The position numbers and the translations under genes are program-made. The notes under the pieces are model-generated. The model did no database searches. It had not been told where the DNA came from and saw nothing but the letters and a program-made list of their open reading frames with translations. DNA of 63,666 nt, filler included, from Reticulomyxa filosa (lineage: Eukaryota; Protista; Foraminifera), in NCBI GenBank assembly GCA_000512085.1. It is 17 parts of 17 records of this genome, joined end to end, with 100 filler letters (N's around TTAATTAATTAA, not from the genome) between each part and the next. Parts side by side here need not be neighbours in the genome. Positions count along the whole stretch, not along the records: positions 56,629 to 63,666 come from ASPP01028004.1; 16 more parts are not named here. One strand, written 5' to 3'. How positions within the stretch are numbered: the stretch's first letter is position 1; each line of letters starts with the position of its first letter. This document shows, in pieces, positions 60,039 to 63,666 of the stretch.

Positions 60039-62028
60039 ATGCAGTTATCTGAGTCAGAGGCAAGAGAAAAAAAAGAAAAATTAAAGAAAGCAAAAAGATA
60101 ACCTTTCCCTTTCTGAATGTTATAATAAAGACTGGGTCTCGTTGACAAATGAACCACAAGGACTGAGTACGTTGATTTGCTGTCTTTGCAAACAAATTGC
60201 AAATAATGCAGTGGAATTGCGTTGTGATGAGCACGAGAATGTAGAGCATGTTTATTTGGTAGGAGAAGAGTGTTTACAAAAGTATTTGAAACAGAGCCAA
60301 GGTAAATGCCCAATTGAGCAGCATAATCATTGTGAATTTTCGCAAAATAAAATGGCGAGAAAACTGGTGTCAGAATTATTGATAAGCTGTCCTCGGCAAT
60401 TTAATTTGAAAGAAAGACAAGTGAATGAAGGAATAAAATCAGCAGAAGAAAATGTGAATGAATTAAATTCAAATTCGAAGAGTACTTGCAATTATAAAGG
60501 GAAAATAAAAGGTTTGAACGATCATTTGGATAAGTGCAATTTGATATCAAATAAAGAAATTATTCAATCAGAAATTGGAGAACAATTTAATGTGGTCAAT
60601 GAACAAATTGTAAAATGGCAAAAGATGGTTGAGGATTTGCAATTACAAATCGAAAGGACGAACGAGAAAAAAAATAAACAGATTGAACAGATTAATGTAA
60701 ATTTATTTTTTTTAAAATACTTTTGTTAATTTAATTTTTATTTTTTGAATTGTCAAAAAAAAAAAAAAAAAAAAGGAAACAAATGAGCGATTTAAAAGCT
60801 GAATCATCGAAAAAAAATCAAAACATAATTGAGTTAATGGATGCTGTTCAACAATTGAAAATAGAAAGGAAAACTGTTACTAATTTACAAAAACAATGCG
60901 ATGAACAAAATAAGCAAATTAATAATTTAAAAAATGAATTGCTGAAAAAAGATCAAACAATAACTGCACTAACAAAAGACACTCAACAATTGAAAATAAA
61001 GATTGAGCAACATAATGCTGAATTAAAAAATAAAATGAACAGCCGTGTTAGCGAATTACAAAAAAAATTTGACAGCCACACCAAAAAATTTGAACAACAC
61101 AAACAAGCTATTACAATCAAGTTAGAAAAACAAACCACAAATATTCAACAACTTAAACTTCGAGTTGATACACCAATTAAAAAAGATGACGATGACGGTG
61201 GTGGTGATGATGATAGTGATGATGACAATGGCGATGATGAAAAACCAAGAAAAAAAAAGACAACATATCATCAGTTTTAATACCTGTGAGAACATGTTTT
61301 CATTTATTAAAAATTCGTATTTGAAAAATGGTGAGGATTTTCTATTGGTGAGTGAAAATAAACAATTTGTTCAATTAAAAAACAATGAATGGAATAATTA
61401 TAAGTTTGGAATATTTTTAATCGGAAAGAATATCACTTTAACTGCTGATTGTAAAAGGCCCTATGAAAAAGAAGAGTTTGGATATCTAAAGATCAAAACA
61501 AGTCATTTGTGGATTAAACATTCTTCCTCTAGAATTGCTTGCTCGGAATTGGGATATCCAGAGAATCAAGGTCCTGGAAAGGGTGGAGTCGGAAAGAGTG
61601 GTAATTGTGGTGGTGGATATGGAACGAATGGAGAAGGTCAGGGAATTGGTGGAAGAGTATATGGAAAAGAGGCTTTATTGAAAGAAATTCACTTTGGAAG
61701 TGGTGGAGGCAGTCAGCGATATTTATCTGGAGGGAGTGGTGGTGGAATAATTGAACTGATAATAGAACAACAACTGACCAATCATGGCTCGATTCAATCC
61801 AATGGAGGAGATGGAGGCATTAGTGGTGGTGGCGGAAGTGGAGGGTCAATATTGATTAAATTTGAACATCAATCAAATACATTAAGACAAACTTTTGGAA
61901 TTATCACGTGCATTGGAGGAAAACAATATGGAAGTAGCAAAGGTGGGAAAGGAAGAATTGCGATTTATGGTATTAATTATTTATCACCAGACAATATCAA
62001 ATATATTAATCCAATACCTTTTTATTAA
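60039..62028 (+). CDS. RING/TRAF-type zinc-finger + coiled-coil + glycine-rich domain protein (frameshifts in A-runs)
   Basis: ICCLCKQIANNAVEL.C.EH...GEECL...KCPI..H...ISCPRQF...CNYKGKI..LNDHLDKC; heptad coiled coil; GGSGGGIIEL, GGGSGGSILI, GGKGRIAI. Confidence 0.85.
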
Positions 62029-62817
62029 TAATTTTGTCAATATTAAACGTGAGACATTACCAATTGAAATGTCAATGAACATTCATCCCTTTTTTTTTTA
62101 TTTTACATTCAATGAATCATATGATTAGTTTATAAAAAAAAAAATAATAAAAAGTTGATTTGATCCGTTTTTTTAAAAGGAAAATATGAAACGTTTAAAA
62201 CTATCAAAGAACGAAGAAAAAATAAAAAAATAAAAACGTTTCACTTAGGAATAAAAACAGCAGTAAAAGCTTTTTCATATACACAATTCCAAATACAAAA
62301 TTTTCTCGATACTAAATTATCATTCTTCTGTTTTTTTTCAGTTTCCGGACTTTTCAACTTTTGCACGACTTCTGGCAAGGCATAAATGTGTTATTCCGCA
62401 TTGAGGTAGTTTAACATTGTTCAATCGCGATGTACTTCATTTATGGAAGTGCGTTTTCGTCTCGTAATTGCGTTTGTTTTGAGATTATTTCGAGTGGCTG
62501 CACTTGTTTAGAAATGTTATTTACCTATCACTGGGACGCACAAAATAACGTGTTTGAGCACGTTGCATCCGTTTCAATCGTGATATTCGTATGTGTCTGT
62601 TACACTCGTATGCTTTTGGTTCTTGAGTTCTTACCACTGAACAATGGCCACGTTATTTAAGTAGTCTACAAAGTTTCAATTTTTTTTTTGAAAGAGTAAT
62701 AATGCATTGGAATTAAAAACTTAGCAAATTAAATTTACTAATTGTTTTTATCGTGAGTACCAAAAAAACAGAAGCAGCCCCCCCAAATGTCGAGGGAACT
62801 TTTGTTTCATCCCAATC

Positions 62818-63610
62818 TTGCCTGTCATGATAACAGAAGCAAGCCGCGAGGAAACGAATTTTGGAAACAAGCATGGAGAAGAAGAGCAATCAAACGCAGC
62901 TGTGTTAGCTCCCAAGTACTCTTGCAACGACAAAGGTTTTATGGAGTTCAGTGAAAAACTAGTGATCGGCAAGCGTTATGTCTTGCAAAAACCGAAAGCA
63001 ATCGAAGAGCTGGAGTTGGAGCATGGAAAAGGGCGTTATGGTTCAGTCTATTGTGTGTTCGATAAAAAGGAGAACAACGTGAAAGCAGTCAAGATACTGA
63101 AGATACCTGAAGAAGACGGCGACGATGTTATGTTTATCACTTCAAAACAAAATAAGCCAAAGCATATATATATATGTATATGTATTTGTATTTACGTGTG
63201 TATAGAACTATATCCGTCGTGAACTACGAGTGTTGAAGCGTATAAGCAGAACTGAAAGTGACAGCGAGGAGAAGTCGAGTACAACGAACCCGTTTGTGAT
63301 TAAGCTGTTGGACTATGGAAGATACAAAAGCCACAGCTATTTTTTGTTTGACTATTTGGAAGTGACACTGCAGCAGCATTTTGACTACGTATTACACTTA
63401 AATTACCAAAGCGTGAAACAAAGTGACGAGCAGATGCTCGACAAGCACGCGAGTCCCCACGAGACGTCGAATCACGGCAGCAGCAACAGACAATCCACCG
63501 AGTCACCCAATCAAACTTCTCAAGACAATCACATCCATCTCCACAAGCGTGTCCTCATTCATCCATTCGACGTGTGGATCATTTTTTTCCAATTGTTGCA
63601 TGCTCTATCT
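62818..63610 (+). CDS. Ser/Thr protein kinase, N-lobe (3' partial)
   Basis: GKGRYGSVY, KAVKIL, TIRRELRVLK (alphaC Glu), NPFVIKLLD, IIFFQLLHAL. Confidence 0.85.
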
Positions 63611-63633
63611 TGTTAACATTTTATATATGTATA

Positions 63634-63666
<33 letters not shown>

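Noticed and set aside
62590-62652. tRNA-like 5' end on the minus strand (GGCCATTGTTCAGTGGTAAGAAC, D-stem-like)
   Set aside because: No anticodon stem, T-loop (GTTC) or acceptor-stem partner downstream.
1-63666. Alternative genetic code or stop-codon readthrough to explain ORF fragmentation
   Set aside because: Conserved genes (Rab1, ABCD, SQR, kinase) have no in-frame stops in exons; breaks are explained by introns and homopolymer indels.

Overview
This is not a contiguous prokaryotic locus. It is 17 short, AT-rich eukaryotic contigs joined by 16 identical artificial 100-nt linkers (N44-TTAATTAATTAA-N44), so gene adjacency across linkers is meaningless. Genes are interrupted by short GT-AG spliceosomal introns. 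The expanded WD40, caspase-like and TRAF-zinc-finger families and the gene style suggest a foraminiferan/rhizarian such as Reticulomyxa filosa (inference, not verified). Recognisable genes, many partial: WD40 paralogues, Rab1, a Tudor-like protein with a duplicated two-exon module, a PHTF-like membrane protein, a PH-domain protein, alkaline ceramidase, RasGEF, a CDPK7-like EF-hand/PH/kinase, an SR splicing factor, a 2OG-Fe(II) oxygenase, ankyrin proteins, sulfide:quinone oxidoreductase, a peroxisomal ABCD transporter, sestrin, caspase-like fragments, a kinesin fragment, CYRI/FAM49, VPS13, mitoribosomal mS45, a TRAF-ZnF/Gly-rich protein and a protein kinase. The most unusual signal is intron architecture: weak donors, A/C-rich tracts where a polypyrimidine tract is expected, and self-complementary introns including a perfect 52-bp palindrome and a 14-bp inverted repeat. 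A decayed PIF1/Helitron-like helicase remnant is also possible. Many single-base frameshifts fall in homopolymers and are most simply sequencing errors. All family assignments are by eye from motifs, and exon boundaries are manual estimates.
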